In this document: positions 49,647 through 58,813 of the stretch, one piece after another
Numbering within the stretch: the stretch's first letter is position 1
Layout: every line of letters begins with the position of its first letter
Virus record (IMG/VR): IMGVR_UViG_3300003543_000059
Location: 1 to 64,000 of that record
DNA length: 64,000 nucleotides
Direction: 5' to 3' (one strand)
From: a virus
Notes under the pieces: model-generated
What the model saw: the letters and a program-made list of their open reading frames with translations, nothing else
Told to the model about the DNA's origin: nothing
Databases searched by the model: none
Program-made: the position numbers and the translations under genes

Positions 49647-50108
49647 ATGAAAAAAACATTAGTTTTTGTTTACGGAAGTTTAAAGAAAGGGTATAGTAAC
49701 CACGAGGTTCTGGACGATTCGATATTTGTTGGTGACCATGTTACTGATGAAAAATACACCATGTTAAGCATGGGAGCGTTCCCTTGTGTTGATGATGGTG
49801 GCACTACACCTATACACGGTGAAGTGTATGCGGTTACTGATGAAACACTGAACAATCTTGATATACTTGAAGGTTGTCCACGGTTTTTTAAACGTAAAAT
49901 GTTAACAAGTACTTACGGTGAACTCGTGATGTATGTTATTAACAAGGAATGTTTAGTAGGCGAAGAATACCCTGTCATTAAAAGTGGTATATGGGAAAAC
50001 CCTTGGGAAATGGAAGAAGCATATGATATTGACCAAGAAGTTGAATCGTGGGTAGAATATGATGACGATGAAGACAATTATAAATGTCAACATCGTAGTG
50101 AATATTAA
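49647..50108 (+). CDS. Gamma-glutamyl cyclotransferase (AIG2/YtfP-like)
   Basis: VFVYGSLKKG..NH, GEVY, LDILEG. Confidence 0.9.
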   Translation: MKKTLVFVYGSLKKGYSNHEVLDDSIFVGDHVTDEKYTMLSMGAFPCVDDGGTTPIHGEVYAVTDETLNNLDILEGCPRFFKRKMLTSTYGELVMYVINKECLVGEEYPVIKSGIWENPWEMEEAYDIDQEVESWVEYDDDEDNYKCQHRSEY

Positions 50109-50125
50109 CTATTAGAGGTGATGTT

Positions 50126-50320
50126 GTGAATAGACCTAAAGTTGGACAAGTATTTATTAAGAAAGGGTTAGAACGCGAAATAGTAGACGTTCATTTTCGA
50201 GGGCATAGTAAACCTAATGATTACGATGTAGTTTGGCGAAGACCAAACACACACAAAAAATATACAATTTGGTTGCCGTATTGGACAAATTGGGTAGCCA
50301 GTGCAGAACTGGTAGAATAA
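50126..50320 (+). CDS. Small hypothetical protein
   Basis: RBS GAGGTG. Confidence 0.6.
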   Translation: MNRPKVGQVFIKKGLEREIVDVHFRGHSKPNDYDVVWRRPNTHKKYTIWLPYWTNWVASAELVE

Positions 50321-50338
50321 CATGGCAAAGGACATGGA

Positions 50339-51973
50339 ATGTTGGGAACATTTAAAGATTATTTAATCACAGAAAAAGTAAGTCAATCAGAATACGAAGA
50401 GATACTGGGTTCAGCTAAATATCGTGTTGGTATGGAGTTCGAATACATTGACAATGAGGTTCTAAGAGCCACTGCTGGTGAATTCGAATTCGATATGTTG
50501 TGGGAAGGTTACAAGAAATTTATCCACAATGTTGAAAAAGCACAAAAAGAAGCTGAAGAAATTCGTGAAAAATGGCTAGAAGAACAACGTACCATCATTC
50601 AAAAACGTATCACTGAATTGCAAGGTGAAGACGGTGATGAAGATGACATAGATACTCTTCAAGATGCTATGAAAGGTGACGGTGACTTCTACGAACTTGA
50701 TGGTTTTGAAGGGTTAGACGATTTGTCTCATGAATTTGATTTATTCGAAGAAGAACCATATTTCGATGTACCAGAAATCCCAGATGCTTTAATAGATTTT
50801 TGGGCTGAAGTTGTCACCGATGATAAAACACACGCTCAACCAGACGAAAAAGATATTCGCGAAGCTATTACGCAAGCAGTGCATGAAGCATTGTTTGACC
50901 CCGAATCTGATTTTGACGCTGACATCATGCCTAAAGCTTATAACATGGTGGATTTTCAACACTTTGACCCTACACAGGTTCAACCATCCTTAGAATCAAT
51001 TGATTCCGGCTTTAACTTTGAAGAATTTCCATATAAAAACTATGTTATCGGTGGGTATAATGAGAACCAACACATTGTTAACAAATGGCGAATAGAAACC
51101 GATGAATCATTAGAGCCTAGAGCTGGTGGTATAGAAGTTGTTTCGCCTATTACAGACTTACGCGATACGTTAGTTATCGTTAAACAGATGTTTGACTTTA
51201 TTAATAGCAATGGTTATACGAATAAATCGTGTGGGTTACATGCTAACATGAGTTTTAAAGGTTATGATTTGAAAGAGTTAGATGTGTTCAAGATGATGTT
51301 GTTCATGGAAGAAGGATTCATTTGGCAACATTTCCCTGACCGTAATGTAGCATCAGAATATCTGAGATTTACATATCAAGTTATTGCTGGAAACACCAAC
51401 ATTAGCAGTGATTTGTTAAAGGATTTCAATAAAGCTGATATAGCTAAAGCTAAAACCATTATCAAAAATTCTCAAAACAATATATTGAAATGGATGCAAG
51501 TAGCCCCTAATAAGGTTAATGGTATCAATGTATTATCACAACAAGGTTCTGCTGCTAAAAAGTTCAGAGATGGTAGGATTGAGTTTAGATATATTGGTGG
51601 TAAGGATTATTCTAAAAAATACAAACAAGTTAGGCTACAGCTTTTAAGATATGCGTTTTTATTGAGGCTGGGAATGGACCCCAACTTCAAAAAGAAAGAA
51701 TATATCACTAAAGTAGCAAGAATGATTGAAAATTATGCTGAACATTTTCCTAAGAATGTTAGAGCTGAACGTTTAGCTGACTTGGAACTGTTAGTTACTG
51801 ATGTTGTGAATAATGATGTTTATATGACCAGTAAAGACGATGAAAGCGGAACGATTATGCAATATTCTACGGATGCGGTAGATAAGAAGAAGCTTATAGG
51901 TACGATTACTCCTGATATGCTGAAGGTTCGTATGAGAACGCAGCCAGAAAGATACCAGATGTATCGAGGATAA
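50339..51973 (+). CDS. Amidoligase B, paralog of A
   Basis: GMEFEY, TDESL..GGIEVVSP, CGLHANMS, LDVFKMMLFMEEG (identical in A), RIEFRYIGG. Confidence 0.85.
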   Translation: MLGTFKDYLITEKVSQSEYEEILGSAKYRVGMEFEYIDNEVLRATAGEFEFDMLWEGYKKFIHNVEKAQKEAEEIREKWLEEQRTIIQKRITELQGEDGDEDDIDTLQDAMKGDGDFYELDGFEGLDDLSHEFDLFEEEPYFDVPEIPDALIDFWAEVVTDDKTHAQPDEKDIREAITQAVHEALFDPESDFDADIMPKAYNMVDFQHFDPTQVQPSLESIDSGFNFEEFPYKNYVIGGYNENQHIVNKWRIETDESLEPRAGGIEVVSPITDLRDTLVIVKQMFDFINSNGYTNKSCGLHANMSFKGYDLKELDVFKMMLFMEEGFIWQHFPDRNVASEYLRFTYQVIAGNTNISSDLLKDFNKADIAKAKTIIKNSQNNILKWMQVAPNKVNGINVLSQQGSAAKKFRDGRIEFRYIGGKDYSKKYKQVRLQLLRYAFLLRLGMDPNFKKKEYITKVARMIENYAEHFPKNVRAERLADLELLVTDVVNNDVYMTSKDDESGTIMQYSTDAVDKKKLIGTITPDMLKVRMRTQPERYQMYRG

Positions 51974-52020
51974 ATTTGCATTTTGAAATCTACGTGATAT
52001 AATAGACTCTAATTTAATCA
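51971..52020 (+). promoter_or_regulatory. Early promoter element copy 8
   Basis: TTTGCA 51975-51980, TATAAT 51998-52003, AGACTC. Confidence 0.8.
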
Positions 52021-52035
52021 AACGAGGTAAATATC

Positions 52036-52348
52036 ATGAGAACTTTATTCAATATGTTCATAGTAGTGTTAGTGTTAGTTGCTGCATATATGCCATTAGC
52101 TTGGTGGGGTTATTACATCATAGCTTCTATTGTTGTGACTTATTTAGCTACACTAATGTTCAACAATGGTTCGGATATTGACCCAGCGCATAATGATTAT
52201 TCAACAAATGGAGAATAATTTCATTTGGTTGGTAGCAACCATCACATTTTTCGCGGTTTTCTTCCTTATGAAGCCGTTTGATTATCTGGTTCTTGTCGTA
52301 GTTATAGGTATTTGTTTAAAGAATGGTTATGACCACAAAATTCGGTAA
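52036..52348 (+). CDS. Two small early membrane proteins (52036-52218, ~52208-52348)
   Basis: Two hydrophobic segments each; RBS GAGGT. Confidence 0.6.
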
Positions 52349-52468
52349 AGTTTTGGTGAGCTGAGTTATAAATACTCCATAGCCATTTACAGGAACCATC
52401 ATGAAAATCGAAAACGACGAAGACCATTACGAATTCGTCGCTGTACCCAGCAATAATTAAGGATTACC

Positions 52469-53086
52469 ATGCAAGAACAACCATTAGTAGACGTTAACGA
52501 AGCAATTTTTATACCTAGCCTTGATGTGCTTAGTAGCTTAGGTGACAATCCTATTATGCTGGAAACCACGTTTTCAGACATGATGACTAGTTTGAGCAAT
52601 CCCAATAACTTCAATACAAAGATGCGTCAACATGCGACACAACCTATCGTTGTTTCACAGTTGAAGATAATTCCTTATGTTGGTGTGAAGACGATATTGT
52701 TTAAAGGTGTGATTAAAGGTTCTACCGGAAAAACATATGACACACATGTTTTATTCAAACGTGTTAATTTTGTGGGTGATGTAGATGATGTAGAAGACAT
52801 TGACAAGGATGTGGTTGAGTTTGTTGCTGCTGATGGTGAAACGTATTACATTGAGCGTATAAACCTTGCTAAACACGATTTAAGTGTGTCTTGTAACTGT
52901 TTAGACTTCAAGTGGACGTTTGCCAGACACAACGCTAAGACCAAAGATTTGTATGGTGGTGCTCCTGCTCCGTATAAGCCTAAAACCGATAGACCTTCAC
53001 GTAACCTTAATGACAAACCTGCAATGTGCAAGCATTTAATTAAGACTGTTGATGCTTTGGTGCAAGCTGATATGGCTAAAGAGTAA
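52469..53086 (+). CDS. SWIM zinc-finger protein
   Basis: VSCNCLDF...MCKHL; TATAAATA 52367-52374. Confidence 0.75.
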   Translation: MQEQPLVDVNEAIFIPSLDVLSSLGDNPIMLETTFSDMMTSLSNPNNFNTKMRQHATQPIVVSQLKIIPYVGVKTILFKGVIKGSTGKTYDTHVLFKRVNFVGDVDDVEDIDKDVVEFVAADGETYYIERINLAKHDLSVSCNCLDFKWTFARHNAKTKDLYGGAPAPYKPKTDRPSRNLNDKPAMCKHLIKTVDALVQADMAKE

Positions 53087-53133
53087 AAACTTTTTATAAA
53101 TAGGTGTAATAACCATTATAAGAGGATTCCAAA

Positions 53134-53304
53134 ATGGCTGAAGAAAATACACAAGATGCGGTAGTTGAAGATGATGTTACTACTCCGGTAGTTGAGCCTA
53201 AACCTACGCCTAAACCTGCTGTTACTAGAGCAAATAGTAATGTCCCAGCAAACAAACCTGTAAATGTTGGTAACGCTCCACAAAACAAACCTGTAAATAT
53301 ATAG
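53134..53304 (+). CDS. 56-aa late Pro/Asn-rich peptide (not in ORF track)
   Basis: TATAAATA 53095-53102, RBS GAGGA, downstream hairpin. Confidence 0.7.
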   Translation: MAEENTQDAVVEDDVTTPVVEPKPTPKPAVTRANSNVPANKPVNVGNAPQNKPVNI

Positions 53305-53311
53305 GAAACGA

Positions 53312-53341
53312 TAAGAACCGTTTCGGGAGTTACGGTTCTTA
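53312..53341. terminator. Hairpin between convergent genes
   Basis: TAAGAACCGT / ACGGTTCTTA inverted repeat. Confidence 0.6.
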
Positions 53342-54241
53342 AACTTCTGCAATACCACCTTTCTTAAATCTTACTGTTGCTGTAGGCTTCGGTTTTTCAA
53401 CTGTGTTGAGAATATCTAAAACTTTTTCATCAATCTTAGACACTTTGTAACCACCTTTCTTAACTGGCTTATCATCAGCTATTTCATCCGCTATTTTTTG
53501 AATTTCAGATTTAACATCTTTAGGCTCAACATCAACCTTTTTAAATACAGGCTTATCAGCTTTGTTTACTTCCTTAGTAATTTCACTTGCTAATTTTTCA
53601 ATGTCTGATTTCACTTTCTTAGGTGCAGGAGCTTTTGCTTTGCTATCTTTCTTGATGGAATCTTTTACAATTTCACTAGCTATTTTATCAATTTCAGTTT
53701 TTACGACTTTTTTAGGAGCAGGACCTTTTTCTTTGTTATTTTCTTCTTTATCTTTTTGTTTATTTACCTCAGACTTCAGAAGTTTTAATTCAGGAACCTT
53801 TTTCTTAGATGTTGCTTTCTTAGTGACAACTTCCTCTTCTTCCTTAGCTTTCTGTACTGGTTTCTGAATTTTAGGTTTTTCGGTTGTATCAGATTTAGGT
53901 TTTTCGGTTGCCGTGGATTTAACTGATTTGTTTTCTATGTTCTTAACATATAATTCAGCACTCTTGATAACATTTAATGTACCTTCATATGGCATAAAAT
54001 GATAACCACTAGTGATAACATCAATATGAAATTTGTAAAGTGTGGTTTCTAAACTATCCATTTCTGGAATAGTTACTGACCATTTTTTACCAGATAATTT
54101 TTTACATGGAATGGAAAAATCGTATTCTTTAGCTTCTATAACAAAATTTACCTTTTCATCATTAGCTTCAACACCTTCGATGTCCAAGTCGAATTCTATG
54201 ATATTGGCTTTGGTTTTGATTATGTTTATGTTTTTATCCAT
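53339..54241 (-). CDS. Beta-sandwich-like N-domain with Lys-rich repeat tail
   Basis: Three VK(S/T)(E/D)IxK(I/L)AxEI repeats. Confidence 0.7.
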   Translation of the reverse strand: MDKNINIIKTKANIIEFDLDIEGVEANDEKVNFVIEAKEYDFSIPCKKLSGKKWSVTIPEMDSLETTLYKFHIDVITSGYHFMPYEGTLNVIKSAELYVKNIENKSVKSTATEKPKSDTTEKPKIQKPVQKAKEEEEVVTKKATSKKKVPELKLLKSEVNKQKDKEENNKEKGPAPKKVVKTEIDKIASEIVKDSIKKDSKAKAPAPKKVKSDIEKLASEITKEVNKADKPVFKKVDVEPKDVKSEIQKIADEIADDKPVKKGGYKVSKIDEKVLDILNTVEKPKPTATVRFKKGGIAEV

Positions 54242-54253
54242 CCTGTTATTCCT

Positions 54254-54724
54254 TTATGATTTTCGTAAATTTCTAAGCTTCACGATAATCGAATTAATTT
54301 TTAGTTTCAAATTAGTTATAGATGTTCTAATTTGATGTTCTGTTGTATTGACTAGATTAACTATATTTATTAAAGCTTTGTAGGGTTTCGGCTTCATTAG
54401 GTATTCTTTCTCTACTTCATGACCATTAATGTTTATTTTAACTATAACTAAATTCTTTAGTTTAGCAAGTGGGTCAAGGTCTGTAGGGATATAATAATCT
54501 GGTTGTAACTCTTGAGCTACAGGTTTGTATAAATTTTGTATTTCGCCAGGTCTTAAAGGATAACTACCACCACCACCATTACGTTCATGTGGGTCTGATG
54601 GTATTATAATCTCAACACAGCCAAACAAATGCCAACGTTCTGCTGTGATTAACGGGCTACAGCCAGCACCTAAACCATTAGTTATTAAGACTCCCGCTGC
54701 AAAATCTTGGTGAACAGTTGCCAT
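54254..54724 (-). CDS. Hypothetical late protein
   Basis: Coupled in late operon. Confidence 0.65.
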   Translation of the reverse strand: MATVHQDFAAGVLITNGLGAGCSPLITAERWHLFGCVEIIIPSDPHERNGGGGSYPLRPGEIQNLYKPVAQELQPDYYIPTDLDPLAKLKNLVIVKININGHEVEKEYLMKPKPYKALINIVNLVNTTEHQIRTSITNLKLKINSIIVKLRNLRKS

Positions 54725-55326
54725 TATTGTGGGTCACGAATACAAATTTCTGTGATTGATGGATTACCACCAGCATCTTTAAGGTCAAAAACTGTTAAAG
54801 GTGTAGTACCATTATCATCATAGATGGTTAATGTCATAGCTGTTTTATCTATCTGGGTGCGGTTTCTGTCGTATTTAAGCAACGTTTCACATAAAGCTAT
54901 GATAGAGGTCGTATCAATCTTAATCGATGCTGTATCGGCTTTAATTTGATTCAACATTAATCCTGTTGTGCCTGTGTCAATATGGTCTGTTGCCTGTTCT
55001 TCCCAAACACCATCGACAACAGCGTTAATAGTTGCATCAGAAAGAGTATCTTCCGAGATTGAAGCCACAGTAAAGCGTTCTGATTGTGATAACGTGTTGT
55101 CTTCAGCATCAGAGCGTATTACATATTCGTTTGTTTCTACATAACCGTTAGCCACAGTGAATATGTATTTGTAAAACCCATCATTAATTTCACTCATTAA
55201 ACCGTCCGGTGAACCTATAACTAAAGTTTCTCCTGCTGGAGTTACATTCCAGATACGAATAGATGGAGATAGCCCCAATTTAGGGGTTCCGTTCTTACTG
55301 AAATATGATGTAATTGTTAGACTCAT
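54724..55326 (-). CDS. Probable virion structural protein
   Basis: Ig-like N-part; VWEE..H...G; TIYDDNGTTPL; RBS AAGGA. Confidence 0.65.
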   Translation of the reverse strand: MSLTITSYFSKNGTPKLGLSPSIRIWNVTPAGETLVIGSPDGLMSEINDGFYKYIFTVANGYVETNEYVIRSDAEDNTLSQSERFTVASISEDTLSDATINAVVDGVWEEQATDHIDTGTTGLMLNQIKADTASIKIDTTSIIALCETLLKYDRNRTQIDKTAMTLTIYDDNGTTPLTVFDLKDAGGNPSITEICIRDPQ

Positions 55327-55354
55327 TGAATTATCCTTAACTTTACTTTTAATA

Positions 55355-55366
55355 TATTTATAAATA
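55355..55366. promoter_or_regulatory. Palindromic bidirectional late promoter TATTTATAAATA
   Basis: TATAAATA on both strands, overlapping, between divergent operons. Confidence 0.7.
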
Positions 55367-55407
55367 CTTCAAAACACTATTTTTAATAACTTTTTTAGGA
55401 TTGAGCA

Positions 55408-55674
55408 ATGAGTGACAAATTTTCGTTAATAAGTGAATATACCACACAAGGGAAAGCCGACAAAAAAACAGAAGAAGCCAAAGTTGAAGCTATTGCTCTT
55501 AAAGTGAAATACCAAGAATATCTTATTGAAATTGATTCAAAAGAATGCAGTGTATATATTCCTGTCAGAGAGTGCAAAAACTTTGAAAGTATTCTTGAAC
55601 ATTCTACAGATATATCTGCCTTCCAATTAAAGAAATTATTAAGAGAATTTCGTGGCATTAGAAATATAGGATAA
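55408..55674 (+). CDS. Hypothetical late protein
   Basis: RBS AGGA after late promoter. Confidence 0.65.
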   Translation: MSDKFSLISEYTTQGKADKKTEEAKVEAIALKVKYQEYLIEIDSKECSVYIPVRECKNFESILEHSTDISAFQLKKLLREFRGIRNIG

Positions 55675-55676
55675 CT

Positions 55677-56027
55677 ATGGCAATTGTATTAACAAAACCA
55701 TTAGTCAGCAATACTGGCGGGTATGAATCGGTATCAGGGGGAACTGTTATAAGCGGGAATACTGAATTAGTAGATTCCTCCATTGTTAAAACTGTGAAAT
55801 GGATAATAGAAATCATCGACCAAACCAACAGTAAAATATCTTCATACGAAATATTGGCTATTAATCAGTTTGGAACGATAGTAACGTTTAACAAATACGG
55901 TATAGTAGGCGACAAAATTAAACACAAACCAGAAGCAATATCGAATGGGGTGAATATCGATTTAATGATAACTAATAACGAATTGATAAATATAGATTAT
56001 AAAATAACTAAATTAGAAGTAAGATAA
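55677..56027 (+). CDS. Small beta-rich virion protein
   Basis: Resembles the C-domain of 56042..57277 (VKW/VEW, G..I, GxxxxLxxxxxNxIDY). Confidence 0.6.
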   Translation: MAIVLTKPLVSNTGGYESVSGGTVISGNTELVDSSIVKTVKWIIEIIDQTNSKISSYEILAINQFGTIVTFNKYGIVGDKIKHKPEAISNGVNIDLMITNNELINIDYKITKLEVR

Positions 56028-56041
56028 AAAGGAGAACTAAA

Positions 56042-57277
56042 ATGGGATTAGATTTATTTAGAATTGGACTGGGCTTAGATATTGAATCAGAAGACGGTTC
56101 ATCGAATGCGTATGTCATACAAGGAGCAGGATTACCAGGTGGTGATACGTCTGAACAGGATGCGGCACCAATAGGTTCTGCGTATATGAGAACAGATGTA
56201 GAAACTAACAATCTACAGTTCTATTACAAATGGTCTACAGCTAATAACAGTGCTGCGGATTGGAAACAAGCAACCAGTAAAGAATATGTTGATGCTGTAG
56301 CCAGCGGTTTATCTTGGAGAGAGCCAGCGTTAGTTCATGATTCTTCTACATATGCGAACATTGCTGCTGCTGAAACTGCTGCAAACGTTGCTGATACCGT
56401 TGATGGTATTACAATTGTGGTTGATAGTAGACTTTTATTTTCTGATTTAACTTCTGGTAATGATAATGTTTATATTGTTAGTGGTGGGACTGGCGCATGG
56501 ACTTTCACAGAAGACACTAATGCTGCTACTGATGGTGATGCGGTCTTAATCCAACAAGGTACTTATGCTGAAGAGCAATGGACTTTTGATGGAACAGATT
56601 GGGTTCAATTTGGTAGTGCTGGTGGTGCAGCGGAATTGGGATACTTACGTGCATTCGTTGGTAAAACAGGTCCAGGTTCAGAATCACCTACATACACATC
56701 AACTGATATTATCACTCAAGGTGATAATTTAGAAATTGCTATTGGTAAATTAGATGGTTCAATCGGAACACAAGCTTACACTAATGATAACGTTGTAACT
56801 GATGGTGAATCTACTACAGCAAGTATTGACGCTTTAGACATTGCTTTAGGTAACCAAACTTATACTAATGATAACGTTGTAACTGATGGTGAATCTACTA
56901 CAGCAAGTATTGATGCTATTGATACCGCAATTGGTGATTTACAAAATGAAACATTAGAAATCACTGGAACAAATGTTGTTGCTCTTGCTGGTATTACATT
57001 AGACACATTACCTTTAGCTGATGCTACACAAGTTGAATGGATGGTTCAGGCTCGTGAAAACGGAACTCCAGCGAACAGACGTGGGGTTATTATCCATGCG
57101 TTCAATGATGGTTCAACATTAATTGACTTTTCGCGTTCAAACAGACTTAAATTAGGCTCTAATATAGCTGGATTCAAACTTACTGCTGACATTAATGGCA
57201 CTGATATGCGTTTAAGATTAGAATCTACTAACAACATTGATTATGTTGTTAAACGTATTTCTTATAGCTCATTCTAA
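56042..57277 (+). CDS. Virion fibre/structural protein with 28-aa repeats
   Basis: APIGSAY, ATSKEYVD..GLSWR; RBS AGGAG. Confidence 0.7.
   Translation: MGLDLFRIGLGLDIESEDGSSNAYVIQGAGLPGGDTSEQDAAPIGSAYMRTDVETNNLQFYYKWSTANNSAADWKQATSKEYVDAVASGLSWREPALVHDSSTYANIAAAETAANVADTVDGITIVVDSRLLFSDLTSGNDNVYIVSGGTGAWTFTEDTNAATDGDAVLIQQGTYAEEQWTFDGTDWVQFGSAGGAAELGYLRAFVGKTGPGSESPTYTSTDIITQGDNLEIAIGKLDGSIGTQAYTNDNVVTDGESTTASIDALDIALGNQTYTNDNVVTDGESTTASIDAIDTAIGDLQNETLEITGTNVVALAGITLDTLPLADATQVEWMVQARENGTPANRRGVIIHAFNDGSTLIDFSRSNRLKLGSNIAGFKLTADINGTDMRLRLESTNNIDYVVKRISYSSF
56780..56913 (+). repeat. Tandem repeat with 84-nt period (about 50 nt identical)
   Basis: ACTAATGATAACGTTGTAACTGATGGTGAATCTACTACAGCAAGTATTGA at 56780 and 56864. 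Confidence 0.9.
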
Positions 57278-57292
57278 TAACATAGGGTACAC

Positions 57293-58813
57293 ATGGCAAA
57301 CATAGATGATGCCTTCACGATTGACACGTTATCGCTAGAGGATAACGTGTTAATCACTTCAGGGGTGATTGACCCTACGATTGGTGGTGGGTTTGAAGCT
57401 CCTATAGGTTCCATCTTTTTGAGAACCAATGGGTTAATGTATCAAAAAACGAACACTGCTGATGTTGCTTGGTCACAATTTAGCTTTGGTAGTGCTTCAC
57501 TTGATGAATTAGTAAAAATATCAGCAAATGATACTACTTCCGACTATCTTAATGGTAAACTTAATGTTGGTTCTAGTTTAACTATTACCGAAAACAATGA
57601 TGGTTCAAATGAAACTCTAACCATAGACACTTCAATACCTTTAGCATCCATTCAAACTGAAATAGATAATATAGAAGCTGCTAGTGGTGGGGTTTTTGAT
57701 ACTGATGGTAATTTTGATAGTGCTATAGTAGACACCGCTCTGCAATCTGTTGTTACCCCAACTGATTTATTAGATACTTTGAATCAAATGGATACTGCTA
57801 TTTTTGGTAGTGTTCCAATTACAGATTTAGCCACTGTGGTGGTTTCTAGGTCGGTTCCCATACCTGTTGCGCTTACTTATACAGATTTATCTTGGGATTT
57901 AACCAATGTCGAAAACATACCATCTATTATCGAGCATGATGTAGTAAATACAGATAATATTATAGTAAAAGAGACTGGATTATACTTAGTAGCTTTTTCT
58001 TTATCAATTGACGCTAATGCACTGGAAGCAATATATGATATAAGAATCAGAATTAATGATACAACTGTTATGTCTGGTTCTATACGTCAAATTTCTGAAG
58101 ATGATGAAATAAACGATGTGTCTAATTGTTTAACTGTTGAATTAATAGCCAACGATTTTCTTACACTTCAAGTTCAATCTAATGGTACAGGTGATGTGTT
58201 AGGTGCTACTAGTAATATGATGGTTACTCGACTAAAAGGTGTTAAGGGTGATAAAGGTGATGCTGGTCTAACTGGTTCAGGTTCCAATGTTAATGTTTTA
58301 GATGATGGAACAGCGGTACCAAATACACCACACGCTAATTTGAATTTTAGAAATAATTTCACATTAACTGATAATGCTGGGACTGTTGATATTGATGTAG
58401 ACTACCCCGTATTTGGTACCGAATATTTCAGAGCAGAAAGCTTAGGGTTAACCACTTCAACATCAACCGCCTTTTTAAATAAGACTACATTAACAGTTAA
58501 CAATTTAGTTGGTGGTGTTTATAGAATAGGTGTTAGTTATGGGTGGAATCATAACAATGCTAGTAATGATTTTGAATCAAGAATACAAGAAAATAATGTG
58601 AATATAGTTGAAATACATAAGCAAGAACCTAAAGACCCACAAGGAAATTTTGGTAATTCTGGTACGTCACAACGACATTATATTGACAGAATTATATATA
58701 GAACATTATTACCTGCCACTTCATATACGTATGATTTAGATTTTAGAACTGATGCCAATGGCACAGCTTCCGGTATATGGGAAGCAATTATAGAATTTTG
58801 GAGGGTTGAATAA
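57293..58813 (+). CDS. Fibre protein with C1q/TNF-like domain and short collagen motif
   Basis: APIGSIF; VKETGLYLV; GVKGDKGDAG. Confidence 0.65.
   Translation: MANIDDAFTIDTLSLEDNVLITSGVIDPTIGGGFEAPIGSIFLRTNGLMYQKTNTADVAWSQFSFGSASLDELVKISANDTTSDYLNGKLNVGSSLTITENNDGSNETLTIDTSIPLASIQTEIDNIEAASGGVFDTDGNFDSAIVDTALQSVVTPTDLLDTLNQMDTAIFGSVPITDLATVVVSRSVPIPVALTYTDLSWDLTNVENIPSIIEHDVVNTDNIIVKETGLYLVAFSLSIDANALEAIYDIRIRINDTTVMSGSIRQISEDDEINDVSNCLTVELIANDFLTLQVQSNGTGDVLGATSNMMVTRLKGVKGDKGDAGLTGSGSNVNVLDDGTAVPNTPHANLNFRNNFTLTDNAGTVDIDVDYPVFGTEYFRAESLGLTTSTSTAFLNKTTLTVNNLVGGVYRIGVSYGWNHNNASNDFESRIQENNVNIVEIHKQEPKDPQGNFGNSGTSQRHYIDRIIYRTLLPATSYTYDLDFRTDANGTASGIWEAIIEFWRVE

Noticed and set aside
531-52020. 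CRISPR array from the recurring ~60-bp motif
   Set aside because: Copies are dispersed over kilobases, degenerate and promoter-shaped; no regular spacers or cas genes
56780-56913. DGR template/variable repeat pair
   Set aside because: In-frame tandem coding repeat without adenine-specific differences; no reverse transcriptase in the window
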